DNA of 64,000 nucleotides from an uncultured Gammaproteobacteria bacterium (GCA_964496095.1 CAZBWU010000003.1:65901-129900); one strand, 5' to 3'; positions 1-8,867 are shown, counted from the first letter of the stretch. Numbers and translations are program-made. Notes: a model not told the origin generated them from the sequence alone.

Positions 1-85
1 ACGAAGCCAATCTTGCATGATACGCTACTAATTCACCATGCGCGACAGACTCCATACCCTCTCCTGTCCCTGGTTTTCTTGCCAT
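1..85 (-). CDS. 5' part of a hypothetical protein running off the window (MARKPGTGEGMESV...)
   Basis: ATG at 85-83, open frame to the window edge, directly downstream of the 97..387 ORF. Confidence 0.5.
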   Translation of the reverse strand, partial: MARKPGTGEGMESVAHGELVAYHARLAS

Positions 86-96
86 ATAATTCAAAA

Positions 97-387
97 TTAA
101 ATTATAGAATCTAGCGCCTGATTTGTACCTGCATTTATTTTTAATATTTTTGCTTGAAACTCTTCCTCTGCTTTTTGTAAATCTTGGGCAAGTTTACTAT
201 CTGGATCTTGGGTCATAGCCTGCAAATAATTTATTTCTAAAGCATTGATTAAGTTATCAATTTGTATTTCTGTCATGTGCGGTAACAAGCCAAGCATAGC
301 TTCACGCTCTTGGTCAGTAATTTTTAAAGACACAATCAAAATTCCTAATTTCCTGCCTTTTTCTTCGGCTGTTTGTATATTGGACAT
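97..387 (-). CDS. hypothetical helical protein
   Basis: 96 aa ORF in a minus-strand gene run. Confidence 0.7.
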   Translation of the reverse strand: MSNIQTAEEKGRKLGILIVSLKITDQEREAMLGLLPHMTEIQIDNLINALEINYLQAMTQDPDSKLAQDLQKAEEEFQAKILKINAGTNQALDSII

Positions 388-402
388 AAATTTTAAAATA
401 AA

Positions 403-1014
403 TTACCCACCAAACAAATTATGCTTACGATAACGAAGAACCCATAAACTAGAAATCAAAACACCCACCAAAAATCCAATACCGGCGTTAGCAAAAAAGT
501 TTGGGCGGTCAGGCCAGCGAGAGATAAGAGGGTCACTTACGGACTTAATAGCCACATCACCACCAAGGTATTCCCATCCTTGAGTTACCATAGTTTGCGT
601 GATGGCGTTTGACAAAGCCATAGCTTCATCTTGAGTATAACTATAGACTTTAATATTCATAATACTAACGCCATAGGACATATTTGCCTGTACATCCTTT
701 GTCCATTTCTTGCGCTGTTTTATGTCTTCTAAATTTTTCCAAGGTTCTCTGTCAAAAGAATAGGTAGTATTATTCATCACTTTGTTAAAAAAATCTGTAG
801 TATTGATAAGTTCTGTGAGATTGGCGCCAACTTTTTCGGCAGATCTGGCTTGGGTATAAGGATCTACCCCACTTTTATCTCGTGAAATAATTAAGACTTG
901 AGTAGTGGCGCTATATTGTTTTGGGAAAAACAAACTAGCAAAAATTGAACTGGTTAAAAAAACTAAACCCCAAACAATAATTAGAGCGCTGTGTTTTTTT
1001 AAGATATTGAACAT
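403..1014 (-). CDS. Wzz/CpsC-like polysaccharide chain-length determinant
   Basis: N- and C-terminal TM helices, P-x-x-Y-x-A motif (PKQYSATTQVLI) and proline-rich stretch before the last TM; start moved to MFNILKK. Confidence 0.75.
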   Translation of the reverse strand: MFNILKKHSALIIVWGLVFLTSSIFASLFFPKQYSATTQVLIISRDKSGVDPYTQARSAEKVGANLTELINTTDFFNKVMNNTTYSFDREPWKNLEDIKQRKKWTKDVQANMSYGVSIMNIKVYSYTQDEAMALSNAITQTMVTQGWEYLGGDVAIKSVSDPLISRWPDRPNFFANAGIGFLVGVLISSLWVLRYRKHNLFGG

Positions 1015-1026
1015 ATTTATTCTAAT

Positions 1027-1150
1027 TGTCATTCCGAACCCTTTACAGGGTGAGGAATCTCTGTCAAATTTCTATCCTAGTAGATTCTGAAATAAATTCA
1101 GAATGACAGACGGGACAGAGATCCTTCGGCATGTAAGCCTCAGGATGACA
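1027..1150. repeat. TGTCAT...ATGACA REP-like composite palindromic repeat
   Basis: tgtcattccgaa...gaggaatctctgtc...gacagagatccttc...caggatgaca, matching about 10 other copies in the window. Confidence 0.85.
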
Positions 1151-1164
1151 GATATGTTAAATTT

Positions 1165-2229
1165 TTATTTTGTTTGTATTACCTTTACATCTATCTCCAA
1201 AACTTTTCCCGCACGTAAAACTTTTATTTTTACCATTTCAGCGTTGCTAATAATATACCACAAATTGTCAACTGAAACAATTCTGCCATTTATTTCTGTG
1301 AGCAAATCTCCTTTACGAAGCAAATTTCCAACAGACAAAACATTGGAAACAAAAAATCCTTGTACTTTTTCTTTGGCGCCGGTTTCATTTTTTGAATCCA
1401 CAAAAATTGTTTGCTCTTCGCTAAACCAACCCTCCACACCCAGAGAAGAATAAGATAATACTTGTTTACTCAATACTTTTGACAGAACACGAGTAATATT
1501 GGCAACAGGTAAAAGCAAATTATTTTCTGAAACCAAACCAACTACTCGACCTTGATTATTTATCGCTACTCCCCCACTAGCAAAAACACCATTCAAAGAA
1601 TAGCTACGGACGGGCGCCATATCCACATGCGGAATTTTATAATTTAAGACCGGATACAGCACAGTGCCATGATACCAATTAGTATCTTGCCAAACAAAGA
1701 TATCGTCTAACGGCGCATTTTCATCGACAAACTCTACAACTTTAAACTGATCGTTTTTAATCTTTAAATACAAAACACTAGAATATTTATCCCAAACCGC
1801 GCTTTCGGCAGAATAAATCTTATCCCCATTACCCACCACATAAATGTTTTTATATATGCCATCATAGTTAGGTTGATAGGTAGCCAACCAACCATCGGAG
1901 CTCAACATAATGCCATCACCAATTTTTTTACTAAAATAATTAACACCGGCCAAACTTGTAGAACCTCTATGCACACTTACCAAGCGAGAAGATATTTCCT
2001 CACGAATAAGATTTTCTAATTGCGCGCGAGATAATCCTGGGCGAGTATATGAGTTTATCCAAGTGTCGTCTTCGGTAAATCGTGGCCACACCCAACCAAG
2101 CATCATCGAGGCGCCAGTAACACCGGCCAAAAGACTAATAGAGATAATAAACAAAAACCATTTCAGCCTTTGCAAAAATTTTTGAGTTTCCGGATTTTGT
2201 GTTTTTGGAGGAAGGTGCGGAGGAATCAT
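1165..2229 (-). CDS. membrane-anchored trypsin-like/PDZ (HtrA-like, probably degenerate) protein
   Basis: N-terminal TM, GDGIMLSSDGWLAT, SGGVAINNQGRVVG, C-terminal PDZ (LRKGDLLTEING); canonical GNSGG not conserved. Confidence 0.7.
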   Translation of the reverse strand: MIPPHLPPKTQNPETQKFLQRLKWFLFIISISLLAGVTGASMMLGWVWPRFTEDDTWINSYTRPGLSRAQLENLIREEISSRLVSVHRGSTSLAGVNYFSKKIGDGIMLSSDGWLATYQPNYDGIYKNIYVVGNGDKIYSAESAVWDKYSSVLYLKIKNDQFKVVEFVDENAPLDDIFVWQDTNWYHGTVLYPVLNYKIPHVDMAPVRSYSLNGVFASGGVAINNQGRVVGLVSENNLLLPVANITRVLSKVLSKQVLSYSSLGVEGWFSEEQTIFVDSKNETGAKEKVQGFFVSNVLSVGNLLRKGDLLTEINGRIVSVDNLWYIISNAEMVKIKVLRAGKVLEIDVKVIQTK

Positions 2230-2300
2230 ATTATAATTACTAAGGATGAGTATAAAATAAAATATTTTTTTTCGAAGCCTGACGTAATTTCAAGCTTTGC

Positions 2301-3101
2301 TTATTTCCATCTAACGATAAAAATCAAAAAAATAATAAATAAAAAAATGTTGGTACTCAAAAATAAAATTTGTTTTTTCCAATGTATACCTTCGGGACTT
2401 AGATTAAAGCGCACCAGTAGCCAGACCACATACCAACACCAAATAAGAATCAGGGTACTTACCAAATAACCCATTGGCAAAATATTTAAAACCCAAAATA
2501 ATTCTAGGGTAACTAAAAACCAAGCTCCCAACCAAACCCAAAAACGTTTATTTACAACTATACCATATTCCCACCACCACCAACCGGCAAACAAAGATGC
2601 GAATAATGACGCAAATGAAAGCCAAACCCAAGGAGCAATATTTGGTGTAATTTGAAATGAAATAATAGCTTGAGCGCCTTCAAAAATACCTGCCAAACCA
2701 ACTGCTGACATCAAAAATCGCCAACGTAAATGCGGTTTGAGAAAAGCCGTTAAACTAACATGTGAGTCGGGTAGCAACCAAAAACTAAAAAAGGACAGAA
2801 GTGAAAAGAGTGTGGCAAATAAATACCAAGCAAAATCCCATTCTATAAATAAAAGAAAAGCTAGAGACCCAAGTGTTAAGGCGACTAGAGAGACCAAGTG
2901 CTTCCATCGACTCATTTCCTTTGGATAATAGACCATCCACATGGCTCCCGCCCAAACTGCAACTCTTGCCCCGAACCAAATACCTACCACCCACCAAGAA
3001 TGTAAAAAAGTTTTGAAACCAAACAATAAAGCCACATTGATTACCAAATCTATGACGGCTGCTAATTTTGGATGAAGAGAAATTGATTTTAATTTAAGCA
3101 T
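2301..3101 (-). CDS. polytopic membrane protein
   Basis: 266 aa with about 8-9 hydrophobic helices. Confidence 0.75.
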   Translation of the reverse strand: MLKLKSISLHPKLAAVIDLVINVALLFGFKTFLHSWWVVGIWFGARVAVWAGAMWMVYYPKEMSRWKHLVSLVALTLGSLAFLLFIEWDFAWYLFATLFSLLSFFSFWLLPDSHVSLTAFLKPHLRWRFLMSAVGLAGIFEGAQAIISFQITPNIAPWVWLSFASLFASLFAGWWWWEYGIVVNKRFWVWLGAWFLVTLELFWVLNILPMGYLVSTLILIWCWYVVWLLVRFNLSPEGIHWKKQILFLSTNIFLFIIFLIFIVRWK

Positions 3102-3260
3102 AAGTGTTTAATCTTAAAGAATTGTACTCGTTTTTTTAAGGAAAAGCAAACATCAAACATCTCAATATTAACGGCTTAATATAATACGAAAGGCCTAATT
3201 TGTCAATCATAACTATTTCTGCTAATATTGAACAATTATAAACGTAATCAATTATACAAT

Positions 3261-3373
3261 TGTCATTCGAGCAAAGTGTAGAATCTCTGCCCATACAACC
3301 GCCATTCGCTCGACTTGACCGAAGACAACAACGAAAAACCGGACAGAGATCCTTCATTTCATTCAGGATGACA
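3261..3373. repeat. TGTCAT...ATGACA REP-like repeat
   Basis: tgtcattcgagc...gaatctctg...gacagagatccttc...caggatgaca. Confidence 0.85.
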
Positions 3374-3382
3374 AACAATACT

Positions 3383-3823
3383 ATGCCCCTTGCCCAAAAC
3401 AAAAAAGCCGAGTTTGAATATGAAATCCTAGAGAAATACGAGGCTGGTTTGGTATTATCAGGACAAGAGGTAAAATCCGCTAAACTTGGACAAATAAACT
3501 TAAAAGGCTCATACATAACTTTCCACGGTACCAATGCTTCCGTGTTAAATATGCATATTAATAAATACAAAGCTGTGGGTCCCCTACCTGACTATGACCC
3601 GACCCAATCCCGCCGAGTTCTTCTCCATAAAAAACAAATCGCCTATTTAAGGGCAAAATCTATGGAAAAGGGCTTGACAATTGTGCCTTTGCGAGTGTAT
3701 ACTAAGGGACGACTTCTAAAAATAGAAGTGGCTGTAGCTAGAGGAAAAAAACTTTACGACAAAAGAGAAACTCTAAAACAAAGAGATTCTAAAAGAGAAA
3801 TGGCTAGAGAAAGAAAGAATTAA
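3383..3823 (+). CDS. smpB: SsrA-binding protein SmpB
   Basis: NKKAEFEYEILEKYEAGLVLSGQEVKS and ARGKKLYDKRE motifs; start at MPLAQNKK after the repeat; adjacent tmRNA. Confidence 0.97.
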   Translation: MPLAQNKKAEFEYEILEKYEAGLVLSGQEVKSAKLGQINLKGSYITFHGTNASVLNMHINKYKAVGPLPDYDPTQSRRVLLHKKQIAYLRAKSMEKGLTIVPLRVYTKGRLLKIEVAVARGKKLYDKRETLKQRDSKREMARERKN

Positions 3824-3832
3824 ATTATTTTT

Positions 3833-3910
3833 TGTCATTCTGAACAAAGTGAAGAATCCCTGTCTAAATTACCGAACGGACAGAGATCCTTCGTTACACT
3901 CAGGATGACA
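3833..3910. repeat. TGTCAT...ATGACA REP-like repeat
   Basis: tgtcattctgaac...gaagaatccctgtc...gacagagatccttc...caggatgaca. Confidence 0.85.
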
Positions 3911-3926
3911 AACGTTTTTTTACAAA

Positions 3927-4321
3927 GGGGGTGCCGGGCTTTCGATAGAAGCTGCTGGCTACACTCGCATACCGAGGAAGCTCTGATCCTCGTTAATCAC
4001 AAAGGGCAACATAATAAGTGCAAACTTGTTATCAAAAGCTAAAGTTGCTTTCAGTAAAATGTTTACTGTCAACGCTTTCGCTCCGGTAATGGCTTAATAC
4101 CCATTTACCCATCACGCCGGCAACACCTAGTAGCCGAATCGTGGTGTCATTCACTAGGCGTAGTCATATAGGAGCGCCGGCTGTTATATGGCGAAGTTAC
4201 TCGGCTCGTCAATCCAATTTTCGTCCTCTTCTATTGGATTGATTAAAGAACAAGAGACACTAAGTATGTAGACGGTTTAGTCAAAGTTATCTAGACGCGA
4301 GTTCAACTCTCGCCACCTCCA
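3927..4321 (+). ncRNA. ssrA: tmRNA
   Basis: 5' GGGGGTG pairs with 3' CACCTCC-A; T-arm gcgagttcaactctcgc; internal tag ORF ANLLSKAKVAFSKMFTVNAFAPVMA* from 4020; directly after smpB. Confidence 0.93.
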
Positions 4322-4326
4322 CAGAG

Positions 4327-4420
4327 AAATCCGGATTTACGGATAACTCAGATATACAGATGATAACGTCTGGACAAACGGTTCAAATCCGTAAATCTGG
4401 ATTATCTGCATATCCGGATA
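4327..4420. repeat. inverted array of short C(G/A)GAT units
   Basis: left arm ccggat-ttacggat-aactcagat-atacagat, right arm atccgtaa-atctgga-ttatctgc-atatccgg. Confidence 0.6.
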
Positions 4421-4429
4421 AATCTTAAT

Positions 4430-4975
4430 ATGAGAATATCCCACAAAAAACATAAACCAGAGCCAAAAAAAGTATTTTTCTATAACCAAGGTATTACTGT
4501 ACCAGAAGTTATGGTCTTGGCAAATGACGGCACAAATTTAGGTATCACAAAAACTCCCGACGCCTTAAAAATGGCTCGCGAGCAAGAACTTGATTTGGTT
4601 CTTATCAATCCTAAATCTTCTCCGCCAGTTGCTAAAATTATCGATTTTGGACAATTCCGTTACCAGCAAGAAAAAGAAGAGCGTCTCAAACAAGCTCACG
4701 CCCATGTGACAGAAGTAAAAGGTATCAGATTGTCCTTACGCATCTCTCCTCATGATATGGAGATAAGACAAAACCAAGCTATGCAATTTCTAAATGAAGG
4801 CGATAAAGTAAAAGTAGAAATAATTCTCAAAGGTAGAGAACAACAACAAAGACCAATGGCTGCAGCAGTGGTAGAAAAATTTGTCAGTAATGTTAATGCC
4901 ATTTTACCGGTACGCAAAGACCAAGAAGTAGAATTCCAATTTAACAAAGTGACAGCAATAATCGCTAAAAAGTAA
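4430..4975 (+). CDS. infC: translation initiation factor IF-3
   Basis: LDLVLINPKSSPPVAKIIDFGQFRYQ, FLNEGDKVKV; upstream of rpmI-rplT. Confidence 0.97.
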   Translation: MRISHKKHKPEPKKVFFYNQGITVPEVMVLANDGTNLGITKTPDALKMAREQELDLVLINPKSSPPVAKIIDFGQFRYQQEKEERLKQAHAHVTEVKGIRLSLRISPHDMEIRQNQAMQFLNEGDKVKVEIILKGREQQQRPMAAAVVEKFVSNVNAILPVRKDQEVEFQFNKVTAIIAKK

Positions 4976-4986
4976 ATTTAATAATA

Positions 4987-5062
4987 ACACGAATGGGCTC
5001 GAGCCCCACAAATTACACAAATTTATTAGTGTCATTAGTGAGTCGAGAATCGACCATTCGCA
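4987..5062. repeat. empty GxxExxY-type inverted repeat element
   Basis: cacgaatgggctcgagccccacaaat...attagtg...cattcgca; same architecture as 20531-20606 and the flanks of 23800..24171. Confidence 0.65.
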
Positions 5063-5077
5063 TTTATCCTAACTTAT

Positions 5078-5272
5078 ATGCCTAAAATGAAAACACACAA
5101 GGCCACAGCCAAAAGATACCAAGTCACTAAGACTGGTAAAATCATGAAACGTACAGCCGGACAAAACCATTTTAATTCCCGTGAAAACGGAAATACCGGT
5201 CGAAACAAAAAGTCAGACGTGGTCACAAGCCAAACCTTACGCCAAGCCATGAAAACTAACTTACCTTATTAA
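5078..5272 (+). CDS. rpmI: 50S ribosomal protein L35
   Basis: MPKMKTHKATAKR...TGKI motif and synteny. Confidence 0.97.
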   Translation: MPKMKTHKATAKRYQVTKTGKIMKRTAGQNHFNSRENGNTGRNKKSDVVTSQTLRQAMKTNLPY

Positions 5273-5301
5273 AAGATTAATCCAGATAAATCTAAAATAA
5301 T

Positions 5302-5649
5302 ATGACACGTATCAAAGGTGGTTTACTCCACGCTAAACGCAGACGAGGCATTCTCAAACACACAAAAGGTTTCCGCTGGGGAAGAAAATCAAAAATCAAG
5401 TTAGCTAAACCAGCTAAAATGAAAGCTGGTCAATATGCTTTCAATGACCGCAAGATCAAGAAGCGCACCAGCCGAGGTTTGTGGAATATAAAAATCAACG
5501 CTGCTGTTCGCAACTTCCAAATGAGCTACAGCAAATTCATTGACGCTCTCAAGAAAAACAATATTGCTCTTGATAGAAAAGTCTTAGCCGACTTGGCTCA
5601 GAATCACGAAGCTATATTTGCTAAAATAGTTGATGCAGTGAAGAAATAA
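5302..5649 (+). CDS. rplT: 50S ribosomal protein L20
   Basis: LWNIKINAA, SYSKFI, LDRKVLADLA motifs. Confidence 0.98.
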   Translation: MTRIKGGLLHAKRRRGILKHTKGFRWGRKSKIKLAKPAKMKAGQYAFNDRKIKKRTSRGLWNIKINAAVRNFQMSYSKFIDALKKNNIALDRKVLADLAQNHEAIFAKIVDAVKK

Positions 5650-5677
5650 AACACTTCAGTCCACAGACAAACCCTTG

Positions 5678-5729
5678 AGCCTGCTAAATGTCGCTTTGCG
5701 ACAATCCCCAAGGGGATTATTTAATAGGC
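5678..5729. repeat. double-hairpin palindromic element
   Basis: gcctgctaaa-tgtcgctttgcgaca-atccccaaggggat-tatttaataggc. Confidence 0.5.
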
Positions 5730-5761
5730 TTGACAAAAATCTAAAAATTAGTAGTATATAA

Positions 5762-5856
5762 CTACCTCCAAGGCCCAGAGAATGCGTGGTATAAGGAGGA
5801 AACTTACCCTCCTTAGTTTCCTCTCCTCTTACCACGCACTATCTGGGTCTTTTTGT
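5762..5856 (+). ncRNA. candidate small RNA, a long hairpin with a CCCUCCUU loop
   Basis: TTGACA at 5730 with TAGTAT 16 bp downstream; stems aggcccaga/tctgggtct, tgcgtggta/taccacgca, gaggaaact/agtttcctc; ends in a T-run. Confidence 0.55.
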
Positions 5857-6129
5857 TTACAAATTTTTATAAATATCATGCTTACCAATAGAGATAAACA
5901 AAATATCGCCATTTTTTTGGCGCTCAAAAATAATACGATAATTACCAGTAATAGAAATTGACCATAACTCACTTAACTTTCCATGCAAGGCATGAAGGCG
6001 AAGGGATGGATGTAAAGGATTTTCTTTAAAAATTTTTTCTTTTCTCGCCGCTAAAACAAAGAGATCTTTTGGTAATTTTTTTAACTCCACCACAAATTTA
6101 GAAGAATACAAAATACTTGTGATAATCAT
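5857..6129 (-). CDS. RelE/YafQ-family type II toxin (mRNA interferase)
   Basis: NPLHPSLRLHALHGKLSELWSISITGNYRIIF...IGKHDIY pattern. Confidence 0.9.
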   Translation of the reverse strand: MIITSILYSSKFVVELKKLPKDLFVLAARKEKIFKENPLHPSLRLHALHGKLSELWSISITGNYRIIFERQKNGDILFISIGKHDIYKNL

Positions 6130-6353
6130 ACCAGATCAGCCAAAGAATTTGCTTTGATTGACTTGCCGGCTACATACTCCTTACGTGCGTCTCGCGCTGT
6201 TTTTAAAAGCTCAGTTTCAGAAATAAGCTCCTCATCGGCTTTAAACAAATACTTCACATAGGAGCTAACGGAATTATAGCCCCGTTTCTTCGCAAAGATT
6301 TTGATTTGTTTAAGATCGGAAGTAGGTAATGATAAGCTAGTAATTTGACGCAT
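6126..6353 (-). CDS. ribbon-helix-helix antitoxin
   Basis: ITSLSLP beta strand followed by two helices; 4-bp overlap with the toxin gene. Confidence 0.8.
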   Translation of the reverse strand: MRQITSLSLPTSDLKQIKIFAKKRGYNSVSSYVKYLFKADEELISETELLKTARDARKEYVAGKSIKANSLADLV

Positions 6354-6381
6354 AAATATACTGAAGTGAATTATAGAATAT

Positions 6382-6410
6382 AGTGTAATACAGATGTACT
6401 ACAATGTCAA
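6382..6410 (-). promoter_or_regulatory. sigma70 promoter with tandem operator palindromes for the TA operon
   Basis: minus strand TTGACA-17-TACACT; TGTAATACA and TGTACTACA overlap the spacer and -10. Confidence 0.65.
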
Positions 6411-6451
6411 GAGTTAGAGAAATATGTTATCCAATGAAATCAACTACTATG

Positions 6452-7102
6452 CTAATCCACTATACCGCTTGGATTAAGTGTAATATCCCCACTCAAACCA
6501 TAAATACTGCTTTCTAAAACTGCTGATATTGTATACCTGATAGCACCATCGTACGTAGTATAAATGTAAGATTGATTAGGCAATGGATCTGATGGAATCA
6601 ATCCCATATATGGCATAGAGCATCCAAGTATTTTAAAACCATCATTATTTAAACAAGCAAAGTTGGCACTTCCTAAAACAGCGCCTGTGCCCGCTGGATA
6701 AACATTATGATCGGTATAATAAAGTTCTAAAGCTACTTGTAATTGCTTTAAATCTGAAAGGCGCCTATTATCACGTTCTTTTTGTTTTGTATTCTCAACA
6801 GCTACAGGATTTGGAGCGACCAATAATAGTTTAGCTTTTTTCAATGCTTCTTGGTAAGATTTATTAGCAGCCGCTATTTTGGCTCTACGTTCATCTTGCG
6901 CTTTTTTTATGGCTACGTTATAGGCTGTATTTCTAGCTTTTCGATCAGTTTCTTTTCTCTTTATCTCAGCCTTCTGCGCCTCAATTTTTTGTTTTGCTTG
7001 TAATTGAGTTTGCCCAACCGAGACGGAAGTAGCTTTGACCAAAGACGCGCTGGCGGAAAACATAACTACTGCCATCAGAAAAATTCCTACTATTTTTTTC
7101 AT
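6452..7102 (-). CDS. secreted coiled-coil protein with a C-terminal type IV pilin/GspG-like globular domain
   Basis: Sec-type signal MKKIVGIF...VKA; RDNRRLSDLKQLQVALELYYTD closely matches the pilin at 21484; no GFTLIE cleavage motif. Confidence 0.8.
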   Translation of the reverse strand: MKKIVGIFLMAVVMFSASASLVKATSVSVGQTQLQAKQKIEAQKAEIKRKETDRKARNTAYNVAIKKAQDERRAKIAAANKSYQEALKKAKLLLVAPNPVAVENTKQKERDNRRLSDLKQLQVALELYYTDHNVYPAGTGAVLGSANFACLNNDGFKILGCSMPYMGLIPSDPLPNQSYIYTTYDGAIRYTISAVLESSIYGLSGDITLNPSGIVD

Positions 7103-7220
7103 ATTCAAATGAGTGAGAGACAAAATTAAATATGGTTAATTTTGTCCGAGCGAGTGAGAATATATACGCTAAAGCAAATATATTTTGAATTATTTTAATT
7201 ATAATTTTTATGTTCTTGTA

Positions 7221-7547
7221 TTAATTTAATGAGTCCATCTCTGATGTAAGCTCTAATAATTTTTTATCTGAAATTTTTTTTCCCAATTCGAATGCATAGT
7301 CTTCTATACTAGAATCTAGTTTAATACCTGACATATCTATACCAGTTTTTTTATACACTTCCTGATTTAAAGGCCCTAAAATTGACCCGCCTAATTTATG
7401 GTCTACGGGATATTCTCTGGCCCGAATACTATCATAGGAACTAACCATGAATTCCTTTACTAATCTACCCAACAAGGCTAACTTGTCTAATTCTTCCTGA
7501 AATTTTTTCTCAAACGTAATTGATAGCTCTGACTTTTTTTCATTCAT
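7221..7547 (-). CDS. hypothetical protein
   Basis: 108 aa ORF with ATG start. Confidence 0.6.
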   Translation of the reverse strand: MNEKKSELSITFEKKFQEELDKLALLGRLVKEFMVSSYDSIRAREYPVDHKLGGSILGPLNQEVYKKTGIDMSGIKLDSSIEDYAFELGKKISDKKLLELTSEMDSLN

Positions 7548-7610
7548 ATAAACTTATGAGTTAACTTATACCAGCAAGTATACCAAAAAGCCCATAATTT
7601 ACAACATAAC

Positions 7611-7760
7611 CTAGACATCACAAAAACTCCTATCATAAACATCTTTCAACCTTGCTTTGTCCATAACATGTAGTTCTAAAATCGCTCGGGTAAGCGCAAC
7701 ATTCAACAAATCTCGCTGCACCTTTTTAATTTCTGGGATTATCCAATATACAAACAACAA
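7611..7760 (-). pseudogene. SF1 (UvrD-like) helicase C-terminal fragment
   Basis: translation contains RDLLNVALTRAILELHVM (helicase motif VI); in-frame stop just upstream. Confidence 0.5.
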
Positions 7761-7857
7761 AAAAATTGGCTAACATAAGCCAACTAATTTTAGCGAGGAG
7801 TATGGGACGAAGTGGGAACCTGGGTGGCTAGGGTTAGCCAAATTTAATGATAAAGGA

Positions 7858-7886
7858 TTGACAAAAGCTTAATTATATGATATTAT
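7858..7886 (+). promoter_or_regulatory. sigma70 promoter
   Basis: TTGACA-17-TATTAT with extended TG. Confidence 0.65.
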
Positions 7887-8042
7887 TATTTGTTCTATTA
7901 GTTATTAACTAATAGACTTTGTTCCTTATACATCATGGTAGAAGATACTTTTTAAAGCAGGTACATCTTGCTTTACAGAACATCTTCTACCACACAACAA
8001 CAGGTGAGCGTCAATGACGCCACACCAAGGGAGAGAGATTCT

Positions 8043-8555
8043 ATGAAGAAGGAAAGTCTCTGGCTACTGCCGCTCGCGATCGCCATCGTCTTCTGGATCA
8101 CGGCGATGATCGTCGCTATCCACAACGATTATGTGGGACGGGCCATCCTCTACGGCACGATCTTCGTCCTCAACTTGATCATGCTCGTCGAGTACATGAT
8201 CAAGGTGGAGGTTGCGAAGCTGACCAAGAAGTACGACATCGGCTCTTCGTTCATCATGGTTCCCGTGACGAAGGCCGACACGGCCAGCTGCCCCGAGCAC
8301 GCCGCACAGATCAGCTACGATCGATACACGATTACGTTCCAGGGCTGTCTGGAGCACGGTGCCGATCTAGCGCTCTTCGTGAATGGCAATGCCAAGGAAG
8401 TGGCCGAGCACGCGCGCACCCTCACGGACGCAGGCTCCTTCCTGGATCAGGTCGCGAAGCGACAGCAGATCCCGACGGAGATCGTCGCGAGCCTGCGCGC
8501 CAAGCTGCCGGAGCTGTTCCCCCAGCAACCAGACCCCGACGGCGGCGTACACTGA
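8043..8555 (+). CDS. high-GC orphan membrane protein (2 TM)
   Basis: purine-rich RBS-like tract before ATG 8043; GC3-rich codon usage unlike the flanks. Confidence 0.7.
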   Translation: MKKESLWLLPLAIAIVFWITAMIVAIHNDYVGRAILYGTIFVLNLIMLVEYMIKVEVAKLTKKYDIGSSFIMVPVTKADTASCPEHAAQISYDRYTITFQGCLEHGADLALFVNGNAKEVAEHARTLTDAGSFLDQVAKRQQIPTEIVASLRAKLPELFPQQPDPDGGVH

Positions 8556-8675
8556 ACAACTCGAAGCTCCCAACAACATTCCTATGGAGTAAGGATCAGG
8601 AGGCCTTCACGTAGCTTTATATATAATATAGATTTTGTATACATAGCTACGAAGGTCTCTGAAAAAAATTTATTT

Positions 8676-8709
8676 AAAAAACAACCTTTCTAACAGAAGG
8701 TTGTTTTTT
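8676..8709 (+). terminator. intrinsic terminator
   Basis: aaaaacaaccttt-ctaac-agaaggttgtttttt. Confidence 0.7.
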
Positions 8710-8724
8710 GTTTAACCTGACGGA

Positions 8725-8797
8725 TGTGGTGACCGTCCGTCTACGCAAATTATGGCCATTTTTATATAATTTTTGGTCACAACGTGGACACAATTTT
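8725..8797. repeat. att-like dispersed repeat, copy A
   Basis: tgtggtgaccgtccg-N11-tatggccat-N12-tttggtcacaa-cg-tggacacaa. Confidence 0.6.
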
Positions 8798-8867
8798 ATA
8801 TGTCTAGCCAGTACAAAAAAATAGCGACTGAATTTACAGAATTATCTATATATGATATAGTTATTTT

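Noticed and set aside
3260-3382. N-terminal extension of SmpB in the ORF track (likewise corA 28285-28371 and pilM 23579-23605)
   Set aside because: The extensions run through REP-like repeats; family homology starts at the downstream ATG
3136-3570. Antisense/shadow ORFs throughout (e.g. 3136..3570, 19236..19724, 45794..46222, 55632..56093)
   Set aside because: They overlap well-supported genes on the opposite strand and show no recognisable motifs
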